62,606 bases of DNA from an uncultured bacterium (lineage in GTDB: Bacteria > Verrucomicrobiota > Kiritimatiellia > CAIQIC01 > Lenti-01): positions 1-62,606 of the forward strand of contig CACXEY010000254.1 in the NCBI GenBank assembly GCA_902766695.1. The letters are read 5' to 3'. A model generated the notes under the pieces. That model did no database searches. It saw only the letters and a list, made by a program, of their open reading frames with translations, and was not told the origin of the DNA. Numbering within the stretch: position 1 is the stretch's first letter; each line of letters begins with the position of its first letter. Below, piece after piece: positions 41,254-52,500 of this stretch. The position numbers and the translations under genes are program-made.

Positions 41254-41447
41254 CGGCGGGCCGAATCCGTCTCCCCGTTTGGCAGTTTGGTGGGGTGGTG
41301 GTTTGACGGCACCCCTGCCGCCTGCCGGGCCAACCGCTCCGCACGGTGCCGCCGCAGATACTCGCACACGCCGTGGAGGGTTCCCCCGCCCTTTTCCCAG
41401 AGGCGACGCCGCGGAGCCATGATTTCCTCGTAGATTTCCCTATTCAT
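41235..41447 (-). CDS. small PIN-associated protein A1 (70 aa), unknown family; putative antitoxin/partner
   Basis: MNREIYEEIMAPRRRLWEKGGGTLHGVCEYL.... It is a paralog of A2 and A3 (MN..DPV..E....R.K.WE..GGT..G). Its start overlaps the PIN-1 stop by 8 nt (ATGAATAG). Confidence 0.5.
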   Translation of the reverse strand: MNREIYEEIMAPRRRLWEKGGGTLHGVCEYLRRHRAERLARQAAGVPSNHHPTKLPNGETDSARRGAEGE

Positions 41448-42225
41448 CGATCCGCTCCTCCAGACGTTGCTCCGGTGTCGCGATGGCCGGACAGGCATAC
41501 CCGGCCACCGCCAACGTCGCGGCCACCTTCGGAATCGTAGCCGAATTGGCGATGTGCCTGCAGTTCCACGACAACAGCAAATCCGCTTTCCGGATGGCAG
41601 CCAACGCCATGTGCATGGCATCCGTCCGGTACTTTGCATCCAGCTTGGTCGCCGACATCAACATGTCAGCCACTGTCTCGGCCTCCCTGGAAATGTCCAT
41701 CGACTCGAAACCCTTGATGAACTCCAAGCGCCTTGCCACCGCCTCGGAGTCGCCATCCTCCGCCTCCGTCCAGACGGCCTCCGACACCACGGGATGCCAC
41801 TTTTCCCCCTCCTCTTTCCACCAGCGGAGCGTCGCCTCCCTCATTTGCGCCTTGCGGGGATCTTTCGATGGCCGTCCCGTCAAATAGCTGACGAAGCTCG
41901 TCTCCAAGTACACCACCGGCTTCCCCTCCCGCGCACCGTACTCCGGCCCCTCCCCTTCGCAAACCATCATGGACTCCCCCGTTTCCCGGCCCATGAATTG
42001 CCCCCAGTCCCCGCGCAGCAGCCCCGCCAACGACAAATCCTCGTCGATGTCCGGCCAATGCATCCCCGTTTCGTCCACCTCGACGTGGACGAGCTGTTCC
42101 GGCGTCGCATTCTCCAGGCGCGGATTCCCCGCAATCGGGAACGAGAACAACACGCTGCCCCCGGGCCGGACAGCGATCCGCCCGTCCTCGAACGACACGT
42201 CAACCTTGTGCCGGATGCTCGGCAT
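41440..42225 (-). CDS. DUF2442 domain fused in frame to PIN-domain (VapC-like) toxin PIN-1 (261 aa)
   Basis: The N-terminal part MPSIRHKVDVSFEDGRIAVRP...NPRLENATPEQLVHVEVDETGMHWPDIDEDLSLAGLL is DUF2442-like. No stop precedes MMVCEGEGPEYGAREGKPVVYLETSFV...TDAMHMALAAIRKADLLLSWNCRHI (PIN, from about 41970). An internal start at 41970 is possible. Confidence 0.7.
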   Translation of the reverse strand: MPSIRHKVDVSFEDGRIAVRPGGSVLFSFPIAGNPRLENATPEQLVHVEVDETGMHWPDIDEDLSLAGLLRGDWGQFMGRETGESMMVCEGEGPEYGAREGKPVVYLETSFVSYLTGRPSKDPRKAQMREATLRWWKEEGEKWHPVVSEAVWTEAEDGDSEAVARRLEFIKGFESMDISREAETVADMLMSATKLDAKYRTDAMHMALAAIRKADLLLSWNCRHIANSATIPKVAATLAVAGYACPAIATPEQRLEERIDE

Positions 42226-42527
42226 CAACCTTCTCCCACCACGCCTTTCCCGGCCCCCGCTGCGTACCCCGGCGCATCCTCGCACACCATCATCGCGCCA
42301 TCAGCCAACGCGGCCGTTCCCTCGGCGGCACCGTCTCCCGACGCTCCGGCGCGTGTCCACGTCCCCGCCGCCTTCTTCCGCGCGACCTCGGCGGCGACGC
42401 GCGCGCGGAACTCCCGCGCGACCTCCTCGCAATGCCTGCTGTAGCCTTCCAGCGTCCCGTCGCATTCATCCCAGAGCTTGCGCCGGGCCTCGTGGATTTC
42501 CTCGATGACCGGATCGATGACGTTCAT
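42225..42527 (-). CDS. small PIN-associated protein A2 (100 aa)
   Basis: MNVIDPVIEEIHEARRKLWDECDGTLEGYSRHCEE.... ATGA overlap with the PIN-2 stop and TGATG overlap with the DUF2442 start. The tail MMVCEDAPGYAAGAGKGVV copies the linker that precedes PIN-1. Confidence 0.5.
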   Translation of the reverse strand: MNVIDPVIEEIHEARRKLWDECDGTLEGYSRHCEEVAREFRARVAAEVARKKAAGTWTRAGASGDGAAEGTAALADGAMMVCEDAPGYAAGAGKGVVGEG

Positions 42528-43024
42528 GGCATGGCCTCCAACTGGTCCTTGGGCGAAACGAGCAACGGACAGCGGTATCCGGCCTGTTCCACCACGCTTT
42601 GGATGAGAGGCAACTTCCTCTCGTTCACGATGTCCTGGAAATTCCAGCTCAGCAGGATGTCCGCCCCCCACACCGACGCCAAGGCGATGTGCGTAGCATC
42701 GTTGTCTTTTTTCCTCTTTACGGCTCCCGAGTCCAGCAACACGCCCGCCAGCACGTCGGCCTCGGCGCGGGGAGACCACGACTCCATCCCGGAAATCATC
42801 TTGCCCCTCCGCAACGCATCCGCAGCATTCTTTCCCTTGGAAATCTCGGCCCAAACGAGATATGACACCACGGGCCGCACCTTTCCCGACATTTGCCGCC
42901 ACCACGCCACCGACATCTCGTGCCTCTCCTCCTGCAACGGGTCATCCAAATCCTGTCCCGCCCAATGGCTGACGAAGCAGGCGTCCAGGTACACGACGGG
43001 CTTCTTCTGTCCATTCCCGCTCAT
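42524..43024 (-). CDS. PIN-domain (VapC-like) toxin PIN-2 (166 aa)
   Basis: MSGNGQKKPVVYLDACFVSHW...PVVSYLVWAEI...NDATHIALASVWGADILLSWNFQDIVN...GYRCPLLVSP. Acidic positions D/E/D/D are conserved. ATG 43024 follows a GGAGG-rich tract. Confidence 0.75.
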   Translation of the reverse strand: MSGNGQKKPVVYLDACFVSHWAGQDLDDPLQEERHEMSVAWWRQMSGKVRPVVSYLVWAEISKGKNAADALRRGKMISGMESWSPRAEADVLAGVLLDSGAVKRKKDNDATHIALASVWGADILLSWNFQDIVNERKLPLIQSVVEQAGYRCPLLVSPKDQLEAMP

Positions 43025-43264
43025 GCCGCCCCCTCCCCTCCGCGCCTCCGCGTCTCCGCGCGAGCCCTCTCCGCCCCGCCCGATCCCCTCCGGGCAAAGT
43101 CCATGCGGACAAGACCGCGCGGCCCTGTCGAGGCAAGCAGTTTTGGAATAGGATTGGGCATGGACTCTCTCCATGTAAATTTACCCCCTCCCCCATCCCC
43201 GCGCAACCCCGGCCCGCCCCCCACGCGGTAAAACGCTCTACCGGAAGGCGCCCTGCGGGCGCAG

Positions 43265-43481
43265 AGACGAGTGACGAGAGACGAGTGACGAGTTGCGGTG
43301 CGCCCGCTGCGCGGGCGGGATGGGAGGGAATGGGGCGCGGCTGGAAGCCGCACCTCCGGAAGTGGCGCGGAACTTCATCCACAAGTAGGGCGGAGCTTCC
43401 GGGGGTGCGGCATCTTGCCGCGCCTCGGCACGGCGCGCCCGAAGGCGCGCCCACCGCATCTTGTCACTTGTCACTTGTCAC
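43265..43481. repeat. imperfect inverted heptamer arrays flanking a GC-rich palindromic segment, between the giant gene 2 stop and the PIN-2 start
   Basis: (WGACGAG)x4 at 43265-43292 and (TTGTCAC)x3 at 43461-43481. Between them lie short palindromes such as gcgcgcccgaaggcgcgc. Confidence 0.6.
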
Positions 43482-43526
43482 TGCGCGCCCGCAGGGCGCG
43501 TCGCCGCGGCCGTGCGGCCGCCCCCC

Positions 43527-46500
43527 CTACCGGCCCATGTGGCGGGTCGGGGGCTTGTAGAAGTCGGTCGGCGAGTAGGTCCAGACCCAGTCCACCGTCG
43601 CGCCTTTCTCGCCGTTGCCGCCGGCGGAGATGAGCACGAGCATGTCGTTCGGATGGATGGGCGTGCCCGTCACTTCCAGCCTGTTCTTGTTGTAGCGCCA
43701 GGTGCCTTCGGCATCGCAGTACATCGTCGACTTCTCGCGGATTTCCTTCGTGGCGGTGTCGATCACGTACAGCTTGTCCGCGTCCACCCAGTTGCCCGCC
43801 TTCATCCGGCCCGGCTGGGGCACGCCTGCCGCGTTGGTCGCGACCAGGCGCAGCTGCTTCGGATGCACGGACACCGGCAGGTTCAGCGACAGGGTGTTGT
43901 ACACGCCCTTCGTCGCCGTGACGGACTGGCGGAAGACCAGCGCCCCGGACGCCGTCCCGTCCCGGCCCCCCGGCTTGGCGGAGGACGTGGACGCGGAGGC
44001 GACCGCGACCACCTCGTTCGTCGGCGGCACCTGCAGGATCGGATGCCACAGGATGGCGTTGAGCCGGTTGGTGCCCTTCGTGGCCGTGATCGACGGGTCG
44101 TTGTGCTCCGTCCACCACGGGAGGTCCGTGCCATCCGCCTTCTTGCCGCTCGGCAGGTTGATGGAGAACGGCCGCATGAAGAAGTGGTCGGCCAGCACCT
44201 TCGTGGTCACGTCCTCCACGGCCGCGTTGTTCTCGCATTTCCACCACTTCCCGTCGCTGGCGAAGAAGTACTGCTCCTTGGTGCTGCCGCGGACGTGGTC
44301 GGCATCCCCGGCCGTGTAGAACTCGATGACGACGGCGCCGTTGGTGGATGCCGGGCTGTCGGCGTTGGGCGGCCACATGTCCGTGTCCGTCCCGAACACC
44401 CCGGCGAACGTGTTGGTGTAGGGCACGCCCTGCAGGCTCACGTAGTTGAACCCTTCGGACAGCACCACGTTGTTCATCGAGTACACTTCCTCGCTCGCCA
44501 GCGGTTTCTCGCCCTGCCACCGTCCCTTGTAGCTCGCGCGGAAGAACCGCAGGTTGTCGTTCACCGTGTCCAGACCGTCCGTCTGGTAGTTCCAGTTGGT
44601 CTTGACCGTCCCGACGAGGTTCCAGCCTTCGTCGCCTTCCTCGGTGAAGCTCGGCGCGTCGCGGTAGATCAAGTCGTACTCCTTGCTCACCTTCCCGACA
44701 CCGTCCTTCTGCCCGGCCGCCATCCAGTACAGGGCGGCTCCGCGCTTGGCCTGCGGATTGATGGGCTTCATTCCGGTGTCGCCCGAGGCGGGGATGTCGG
44801 CGGCGATGTCCGCGCTCGCCCGGACGAGGCCCTGCGTGACGGCGAACTTGATCGTGTTGTTCGTCGCCCAGCTGGAGTCGTTGACGGGGCCTTCGTTGCC
44901 GGCCTTGTCCACGCCGACGACCACGAACAGGTATTCACGGTCGAAGTCCAGGTCGTACACCCGCACCGACGGGGTCGAGACCTCGTCCAGGCCGCTGTAC
45001 TTCCTCTGGGTCGTCGACGGATCCGCGATCGGCGCGTCGTTCGTCACCGCGAGCCAGCCCGCGGCCTCCGAGCCGAAGGTGTCCGCCTCGACGTAGTCGC
45101 GGAGGATGATCTGGGCCGCCGACATCTCTTCGGACGCCGCCTGCGCTTCGACCGCCTGCGGATCGTACTCGCGGTAGTACACCTTGTACGTCCGCCACGG
45201 CGAGAGGATGTCCGTCGCCGCGCGGCCCTTGGCCTTCGCATCCGCCTTCACCGCGTCCGGAATCTTGTCGTAGTTCGTCTTGTCGCCCGTCGGATCGTCC
45301 GGCCCGACTCCGCTCGGGGTCCAGGTGATGTCCATCTGCGTCGTCGGGTCGTCCACCGCGTCGGTGCTGGCCCCGGCGCCATGGCCGCCCGGGAGGGCGA
45401 CCGCGGTCGGCTTGGTGAAGTCGAGCGCCAGCGGGACGTTCGCGGCGGCCCCGGCGAGCGCGTCGCCGGCGCGGTCCGCGTCCTTGTCGACGGCGAACAG
45501 CTGGTAGTTGCCGAAGCCCTGGTCGATGGCAAGGCCGGTAAGGGTCTTGGTGACCTTGTGCTCGGCCGTGTTGGTGGTAGTGCCGGTCAGATCGGTCCCT
45601 TCGGCGACTCCGGGGGTCGTCCCCGGCGCCACCAGACGGTACCCGGCGATCCCGGCGACCTTGATGTCGTTCCCGGCCGTCCCGAAGCCCGCCGGTTCCG
45701 GGTCGACGGCCTCGGTCCACGCCACCGTCACGCTCGACAGGCTCTGCTTCCACGGCGCGTTGTCACGCGTGATCTCCCCGGACGCCACCGCATCCCCGTT
45801 CAGCCAGACGCTGGCGGGCGCCTGCGGCGCCGTGGTGTCGTCGTCGCGGATCCGCAGCGTCGGGTCTTCCAGACGCGCGTGGGCCTGGTCCGACGGGCGG
45901 TTCGTGTCGCTGTCGAAGGCTTCGACGAGGACGCGGAAGTCGAGGGATGTCGACTCGGGCGGCAGGAGGAAGCCCACCTCGTTCGTGGTCATCCCGGTCG
46001 GCCAGTACCACGTCTGCGGCGCGGCCGCGGTACCGCCGCGCGTGGTCTTGAACGCGGAGCTGTAGCCCTCGTTGAAGTGCGTCGCCAGGTTCGTCACGAT
46101 TGTCGCGGAGTTCGAGAGAACCATCGTCGTGTTCGAGACGGCGATCGTGTCGTTGAAGCCGTTCTGGATGCTCTTGGAAACCGCGTTGCCGCGCTGCAAC
46201 CCGGAGATGGAGACCCCGGTGCCGCTCTGGAGGGCGTCGCCGACGTTGGCCATCAGGTAGAACGGGGCGCTGCGGCAGAGTTCGCCGTCGTAGATTAGCT
46301 GCAGCCGCTCCGAGGCCGTGTCGCTGGCGGTGAGGGTCAGCACCTCGTACTCCGACTTCGCGCTCCAGTCCTTGTTGCTGACGCCGCTCAACGCCGTCTC
46401 GATCGAACCGCTCGGCGGGTTCGTGGCGATGAACATGCCCTTGAGCGAACCGCTCGTGCGCATCGCGGGGGCCGTCGTGTCGTTGTCCATGAACTTCAGG

Positions 46501-49500
46501 AAGCCCAGCTGCGAAACCGTGTCCAGCGAATCGTCGGCCCGGTCATCGTCCTGGTCGGTCAGCGTGGCGTTGACGGTCATGTTTGCGGTGTACGCGGCGA
46601 ACTGGTTCTTGACGAACGTGTTGGCCCACAGGGTGGAGAGGGAGTAGTGGAACGTGTTGGTGGCCGAAGGCAACCCCGCGGCCCCTTCCGTGACGTCGGC
46701 GCCGTCGTAGGCCAGAGACTTGGCGCTCCCGCCCTCCGTGTAGTTGAGCGTCAGTGCCGCCGTTGTCCACCCGCTCTGGTCGTATCCGTCGATGTCGAGG
46801 TACGCGAGCGACTGCCCGTCCCGCTTCGCCGCATCCATCTGATGGTCGGTCACCACGACCTGCACGTCCGTGCCGCTGGCGTTGTACGGCAGGCCCGACC
46901 GGTTCCCCAGCCGCATCCCCACCGGTCCGCCGAACTTCGCCCCCAGGGACGGCGCCTGGGTGTCGTCGTCGTGCAGCTCGAAACCGGTCGCGATTGTGAC
47001 GGCGAGCGCGTCGTCCGTCCGGTCGCGGTCGTAGTCGTGGACCGTGCTGGCGAGGACGTACTCCTTACTGCCCTCGCCCGTCAGTTCGCTCGAGAGCTTG
47101 AGCGTCTTGCCGGCGGCCACTTCCTGCGTCTGGAGTTCCAGTTTCGCGCCGGGCTCGCCGTTGTCGAAGTCGCCGGTCGGCGCGCCCCACGTCGCCAGCT
47201 GCAGCGCCACGTTGGCGACCAGCAGCTCCGTGCCCTCGGCCGTCGTCTGCGCGATTTCCGCTTCCGCCTTGCGCACCAGCGCGTTGTCGGCGGTCCACGG
47301 CCCGATTTCCAGCTGCCGCCACGCCGCCACCGGCGCGTACTCGAACGTCTTCGCCAGCAGCACGTTCCCGCCGGCATCCTTCAGCCGCACCGTCACGGTC
47401 AGGCCGTTCACGCCCCCGCTCCCTTCCGCGACCGACGCCTTCGCCTCGAAGCCGCCGCTGACCGTCACGCCCGACACATCGGCCGCGGCGATGCTCCCGA
47501 GGGAGACGTCGAAGCCCTTCGTCGCCGACGAAACCGCCGAATCCTCGCCGGCCAGCTTCAGCACCCGCTCGCGGGTCCCGCTGCCGGTCCCGATCGTCGC
47601 GCCGGACAGCGTCCACGCCGTCGGATCGGCCTCGAACGTCCCGTCCGGGAGGACGGAGTAGGCCGCCTTGCGGATCTTGCCGTCCTTGTAGGCGAACGTC
47701 CCGCTGGCGACCGCGGTCCCGGCGCGGCCCGCCGCGTCCGCCTCGGGGTACGAGATGACGTACGCGGGGGCGTTGTCGCCCTTGAGCCACAGGCCCGACT
47801 TCTCGGTGTCCCAGCCCGACTTCTCGCCGTCCACGACTTCCAGCGAGTTGACCCACGTCGCGTGCCGCAGGTCCCCGTCCGTCACGTCCATCCCGCGCGG
47901 CGACATCGTGATGCCGAGCAGCTTGATCTTGTTGATGCCCCAGTTCCCGGTCCCGTCCGCCCCGTAGGCATACAGCCGGTACCGCCACGTCGTCCCCTCC
48001 GCGTTCTCCGTGCCGGCCCAGGACATCACCACGTTCTTGATCGTCTCCTGGCTCCCGTCCGTGGACGAATCCACCGCCTTTTCGACCAACAGGTCTTGCA
48101 CCAGCGGGTGTTCCGTGTTGAACGAGTTCTGCATCACCACGCTCACGTCCGTCAGCAGGAAGCCCTGCGACCCGTTGATGCCGCTCGCCTCCCACGTCAC
48201 CGTGAAGTCCCCCGCCTGGTCCGTCGGCAAATCGAAGCTCACCACTTCGTAGTTCGCGAATTTGTTCGCCGCGGACTCCGCGAAGTCCGCACTCGCGTGC
48301 GTCTTCACCACCGTCCGCGTTCCGCTCCCGATCCGGTACCCCACCGTCAGGGTCGCCCCGTCCTTGACGCCCCCGATCCGCCCCACGCGGTACTGCACCC
48401 GCGTCATCGCGCGGCCGTTCGAGTTCGGTTGGAACGACGGGCTCGCCAGCGACGCCGTCCCCCCGGTGCTCTCCAGCGTGAACCGCAGGATGCCGTTCGC
48501 CTTCTCGAACAGCCCGCCCGACACGTTCCAGGCCGGATCCTTCTGCCCGTCGGCGGTCACCGCGGCCAGCGTCGTCACGTTGGCCGCCTCCTGCACCGTC
48601 AGCGTGTACAACGTCGGCCCCTTCGCCGTCACGCGGTTGTCGAACTGCAGCGTGTCCGCCGTCCAGCGCGCCCCGTTCTCCCCGCACACGTCGAACTGGA
48701 AGTACTTCGCCCCGCCCGCCGTCTGGTACGTCGCGCCCTGCATCCCGCCTTCCAGCGACATGTATCGCCGGCTCATGGCCGACCAGTCCTGGCCCTCCGG
48801 AACGCTGCTCGCCCGTTCGGTCCATTTCACGCTGTCCCCCGTGATGGCCGTGTCGCCGGACGACCCCACGCTCCACGCGCTCATCTCCGTCGCGTCGATC
48901 CCCTTCAGCCCCGTGTTCGTGGACCAGCTGGCCGGCTTGCCGCTCGTCGACCATTCCCACGACGCCAGCGCCCCGAAATCCACGTAGTTCGTCCCCGACC
49001 CCAGCAGCGCGTATCCCGGGCTCGTCGGCTCCGTCGCGTCGTCGTCCGTCAGCATCAGCGTACCGAAGGTGATTTCCGCCTCGGTCTGGTCGCCGGTGCG
49101 GTCGTTGTCGCAATCCCAGGCGTGGAGCTGGACGAGGTTGGTGACGCCGTCGCTGTGGTGGCCGATGTAGTCGAGGACGTTGGGCACGCCGAAGAGATGG
49201 CCGAGGCTTGCCTCTGTGAGTTCGCCGAACTCCCAGGCGAGGATCGTGCCGTCGCCGGTTCCGGGGCCGTGGAGTTTGGTGTCGTCCTTGTAGTACTTGA
49301 TCGTGCTCTTGTCCGAGTTGAACTTGTCCACGTTCTCCTCGGAAGTCACCCACCCGTCTTCCGAGCGCGTGTAGTAGGTCGTCCCCGCCTGCACGCTCGT
49401 GTCCTCCGCCGGCACGTACTTCCCGCCCGCGAGCACGTACCATCCCTGTTCCTTCGGGTTCGCCGCGCCCGGCGACACCACCGCGGAATACGGGTACCCG

Positions 49501-52500
49501 GTCGAGTTCCACGACCGCGTCCGGAACGCCGTGTTCGTCCAGGTCCAGGTCTTGACGGACTCGCTTGCGGCCGTTCCGTACTTCAGCCCGCTGGTGATGT
49601 GCTGGTCGTACACGTTGAAGAGGAACGTCAGCGGCGCTCCCAGCATCGCGTCCGTCAGCTGGTACGTCACGCCCTGCCCCGTCCCGTCCAGGCGCGGCAG
49701 CAGCTTCTGGTTCGTGTACATCGCCGACCAGCTCGCGGCCTGCGCCTTCGTCACGGCCTGCGTGGCGATGACGAGCGAGGGGGCGAACGGCTCGCCGTCG
49801 TTGGCGCCCGCCCAGGCCGTGGTCGCGGCCTCGGGGCCGGCGCTGTCGTCGTCGCGCACCGGGATGAGGATCAGCCGGTTCGTCGTGATGTTCCGGGCGT
49901 AGGCCGGCCCGTCGTTGCACGAGCCGCTCGACTCGGCGGTGTCGGCCGAGTAGTGGGCATGGCTCACGCCGCCTTCGGGCGTGTCGTCGTACCAGTTGTC
50001 GATCCACCCGTCGGGGACCGTGTTCCCGTTGCCGTACGTGTTGCCGTCCTCGGCCGAGACCGTCAGGTACAGCGACACGTCCGGGTCGTACGCGGGCAGC
50101 TTGAACGCCTGCGACACGAAGTTCGTGATGCACGTCGCCAGGTTCGCGTTCGGCGTCGCCGTCGTGTCCCAGAGCGTCTGGCTCGGCAGGAAGGGCAGGT
50201 CCTTGTCGTACACGTGCGTCCACCCTTCCGTCACGATCTTCTTGTCCGGGTCTTCCTCAGTTGGCAGCTCCAGGTGTGCTTCGTACACCCAGTGGATGCC
50301 GGTCTCCTGCAGGTTCGGCTCGGCCCCGGACGCCATCTTGTAGTAGCTGGTCAGGCCCGACTCGGAGGCCGACAGCTTCGTGTACGTCCAGCCCAGGAAC
50401 TCGTACCACCCTTCCGCCGACGGATTCTTCCCCGACGGGTTCGCCACCTTCGTGTACGTCCCGCCCGACTCCGTGTAGTAGTCCTTCCCGGCGGCCACGC
50501 TCGTGTCCGCCGTCTTCTTGTACGAAGCCCCCCGCTTCCAGACATAGCCGCCCGAGGTGCTCCAACCGCTCGGGCCGGTGAACGTCGCCGTGTGCTTCGT
50601 GTCCACCAGCATCAGGTCCCAGTTCGGGCTGACGCGCCCGAAGGGCGACCCGTCGCCCTTCTCGCCCAGGATGTTCCACGTGAAGGCGCCCGCCCCGCCG
50701 CCCAGCGTGTAACCGTCCGTCCCCAGCCCCTGGGAGACGCGCGCGTCGTACCGCGTCGTCTTCGTGTAGCTGCTGTCCCACGACCGGTTCGTCGCGTACA
50801 CCCCGGCATCGTCCGACCATTGCAGCACAAACCCGAACGTCGGCTTCGACCCCTCGCTGTACACGCTGTCCACGACGGCCAGCGCGTCCCCTTCCGCCTC
50901 CACCTCGTCGCGGTAGCCGATGCCGGTCTCCGGATCCGGGGTGTTGGCGAGGAAGTCCGCCACCTGCGTCCCCACGTACAGCAGCTCCGGCTTCGGCCCG
51001 TCCATGTCCTTCTGCCCCTCGACGCTGTAGCGGCGGATGGTGCCGGCCGAGAGCTGGCCGCCGTTGTCGCGCGCGCGGACCCGCCACCAGAACTGCGCCG
51101 CCGTCGTCTGCGGGCGGTAGCTCGTGTTGTCGGCCCCCTTGAGGTTGATGCGGTAGAGCACGCTGCCGTTCTCCGTGCCGCCGTCGCGGCCGTTGAGCGT
51201 CGCGCTGTCCTCGGCGAGTTCGAACAGGTAGCCCGTCACGAACCCCTTCGCGTCCGTGTCCGTGCTCGCCGTCCAGTTCAGCGTCGGGCTGCCGTGCCCC
51301 GTGTCCGCGCCCGAGAAGCCCGGCTCGTTCGGCAGGCCGTTCGGCACCACGCCGTCCTTGTCGAAGCCCACGTCGGCCCAGAAGTTCACCGTCTTGTCCT
51401 TCAGCCCCTCGTCCCACGCCCCCAGGTTCGCGTCCTTGTCGTTCACCCCGTACGGCGCGATTTCCATCGCGTCCACCGCCGCGCTCTTGCCCGGGTCGAT
51501 GTCCACCGTCGCCTTCGTGTCCTGGTTCCACCCCTGCGCGTTGACGAACGTCGCCACGGAAAAGCGCCCCGTCGTCACCGCCGTCCCGGAGGCACCCAGG
51601 CCGAGGTCGGCGCGGGAGACCCTCCATTCCACGCACGGGTCGGTGGTCCCGGCGGCGGCGGCCTGCCAGCCTTCCGTCGGCGGCTCGTACCACCGCGCCC
51701 CGTCTTCCGCGTACATCTCGACCTGCCACGTGTTCTCGCTGCCGCCCACGTAGTGCACCGCCATCTGGCGCGAGGCATACCGCTCCGCCGCCGTCCCGTG
51801 GTACGCCCCGCCCAGCTCCGTCGCGCTCTCGTCGCCCAGCCAGTTCATCGCCGTGCTACCCTCGCTCAGCCGCGTGTCCACGCCCACCGACACGTACGTC
51901 TTGTGCAGGTCCACGCTCTTGCCCGCCGGAACGTTGCCGTTCAGCCGCAGCAGGAAGTACACCCACTCCCCGTCCGCCTTCACCCGGAACTCGTCGATGT
52001 CCGCCGAGTAGCAGTCGTCCGTGTTCGACCGCAGGTCGCCCTTCTTGTCGTTCCAGACGAACTCGTTGTCGCTCGTGTCCGAACTGTTCCACGCCACCGC
52101 CGGCGCACCCGTCCAGTCGCTCCCGTCGCCGTTGACCTCCGGCATCGTCCCCGACGACCCCTCGGCCGTCGTCGCGTTCGCGTTCAGGCGCCCCGCCCCG
52201 CCCCCGGACGGCGGCTCCGAATAATAGCTGTTGTTGACCGTGTAGGCCGCGTAGTAGTAGGTCGTCTCCGGCGTCAGCCGCGTGTCGGTGAAGCCCGTCC
52301 CCGTCCCCCGGTAGATCACCGTCGCCGTGTACGAACCGTACTTGAACGTGTCGCCCACCGTGTACGCCGTCCCCTGCGCCGGATGCAGATGGGCTTCGGT
52401 CTGGGTCGACGCCCCCGCCGTCGCGAACCGCACCACCATCACCTCGTCGAACGTCCGCCCCCCGGCCGTCGCCGGCGTCCACGTCAGATTGATCTTCGTC

